Source of the DNA: an uncultured bacterium
Lineage (GTDB): Bacteria; Patescibacteriota; Microgenomatia; Levybacterales; UBA12049
Assembly (NCBI GenBank): GCA_963826535.1
Contig: CAWGXL010000011.1
Span: 192,809-256,808 of the forward strand
DNA length: 64,000 nt
Reading direction: 5' to 3'
Shown here: in pieces, positions 63,837 to 64,000 of the stretch
Position numbering within the stretch: position 1 is the first letter of the stretch
How the letters are laid out: every line of letters starts with the position of its first letter
Notes under the pieces: generated by a model
What the model was told of the DNA's origin: nothing
The model's database searches: none
The model's input: only the letters and a program-made list of their open reading frames with translations
Translations under genes and position numbers: made by a program

Positions 63837-64000
63837 GTCTTTGAACTAAACTCATTTGTTGCTTGCCAAGCTAAATTATTTGCTGCATTAAAGTCCTCTC
63901 TAGTAACAATTTTTATCCGTTGTCCGGGTTGATATCCTAATTCTTCAGCAAGGCGAGTTCGTGATTGTCGGGAAACTATTGCCAGTCTCAATCTATCATT
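63837..64000 (-). CDS. Partial ORF (3' end only), possibly the C-terminus of an IS200/IS605-family TnpB-like protein. Truncated by the window edge.
   Basis: Translation ...RLAEELGYQPGQRIKIVTREDFNAANNLAWQATNEFSSKTK*. The D-x-NAA-N motif resembles TnpB C-termini. Only 54 codons are visible. Confidence 0.2.

Noticed and set aside
1-64000. Search for tRNA/rRNA genes and CRISPR arrays in all intergenic regions
   Set aside because: No cloverleaf-compatible segments with GTTCRANYC T-loop signatures, no rRNA-like conserved blocks and no regularly spaced short repeats were found. Every intergenic region longer than 100 bp was read.

Overview
AT-rich bacterial chromosome segment with low GC and small genes. 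A compact IF-2, arrays of GT-C membrane glycosyltransferases and very large Cys-rich or Pro/Thr-linker surface proteins are consistent with a Patescibacteria/CPR-like or other reduced-genome lineage, but this is inference only. Layout: (1) 1-10.3 kb is an exopolysaccharide/glycan locus with GT4 glycosyltransferases (one fused to a CE4 deacetylase), acyltransferase-3, two methyltransferases, a Wzx-like flippase and a large polytopic membrane protein. (2) 11.3-13.1 kb holds dapB-dapA. (3) 13.2-18.5 kb holds a VapBC-like pair and an SOS module, recQ <- two LexA (GAAC-N4-GTTC) boxes -> lexA, then dinB. (4) 18.5-27.6 kb holds five tandem paralogous GT-C (ArnT/PMT-like) membrane glycosyltransferases; one carries two in-frame GC-rich palindromic mini-elements. 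(5) 27.7-30.3 kb is an 882-aa secreted Cys-rich repeat protein with a VirB2/TrbC-like double-TM hairpin. (6) 31-47 kb is housekeeping (glnA, nusA-infB with infB split by a frameshift, fusA, dus) plus isoprenoid genes (a UbiA prenyltransferase with an N-terminal extension, type-2 IPP isomerase, ICMT-like methyltransferase) and toxin-antitoxin pairs (PIN/Phd, BrnT/BrnA). (7) 47-58.7 kb is a defence/mobile island: a Cas4-like PD-(D/E)xK nuclease, a RusA-like resolvase cassette flanked by ~120-bp direct repeats, and a type I R-M operon (hsdM-rhuM-hsdS-[ABC ATPase + TOPRIM fusion]-hsdR). The ATPase-TOPRIM gene sits in the PrrC slot and looks OLD/PARIS-like. The island ends with a DinJ-RelE(pseudo) cassette flanked by ~104-bp direct repeats copied from the 3' end of the neighbouring CAP-domain gene. 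(8) 58.6-64 kb holds a secreted CAP-domain protein, a giant M23-peptidase surface protein, a GC-rich radC and a partial TnpB-like ORF at the window edge. No rRNA, tRNA or CRISPR array was recognised.
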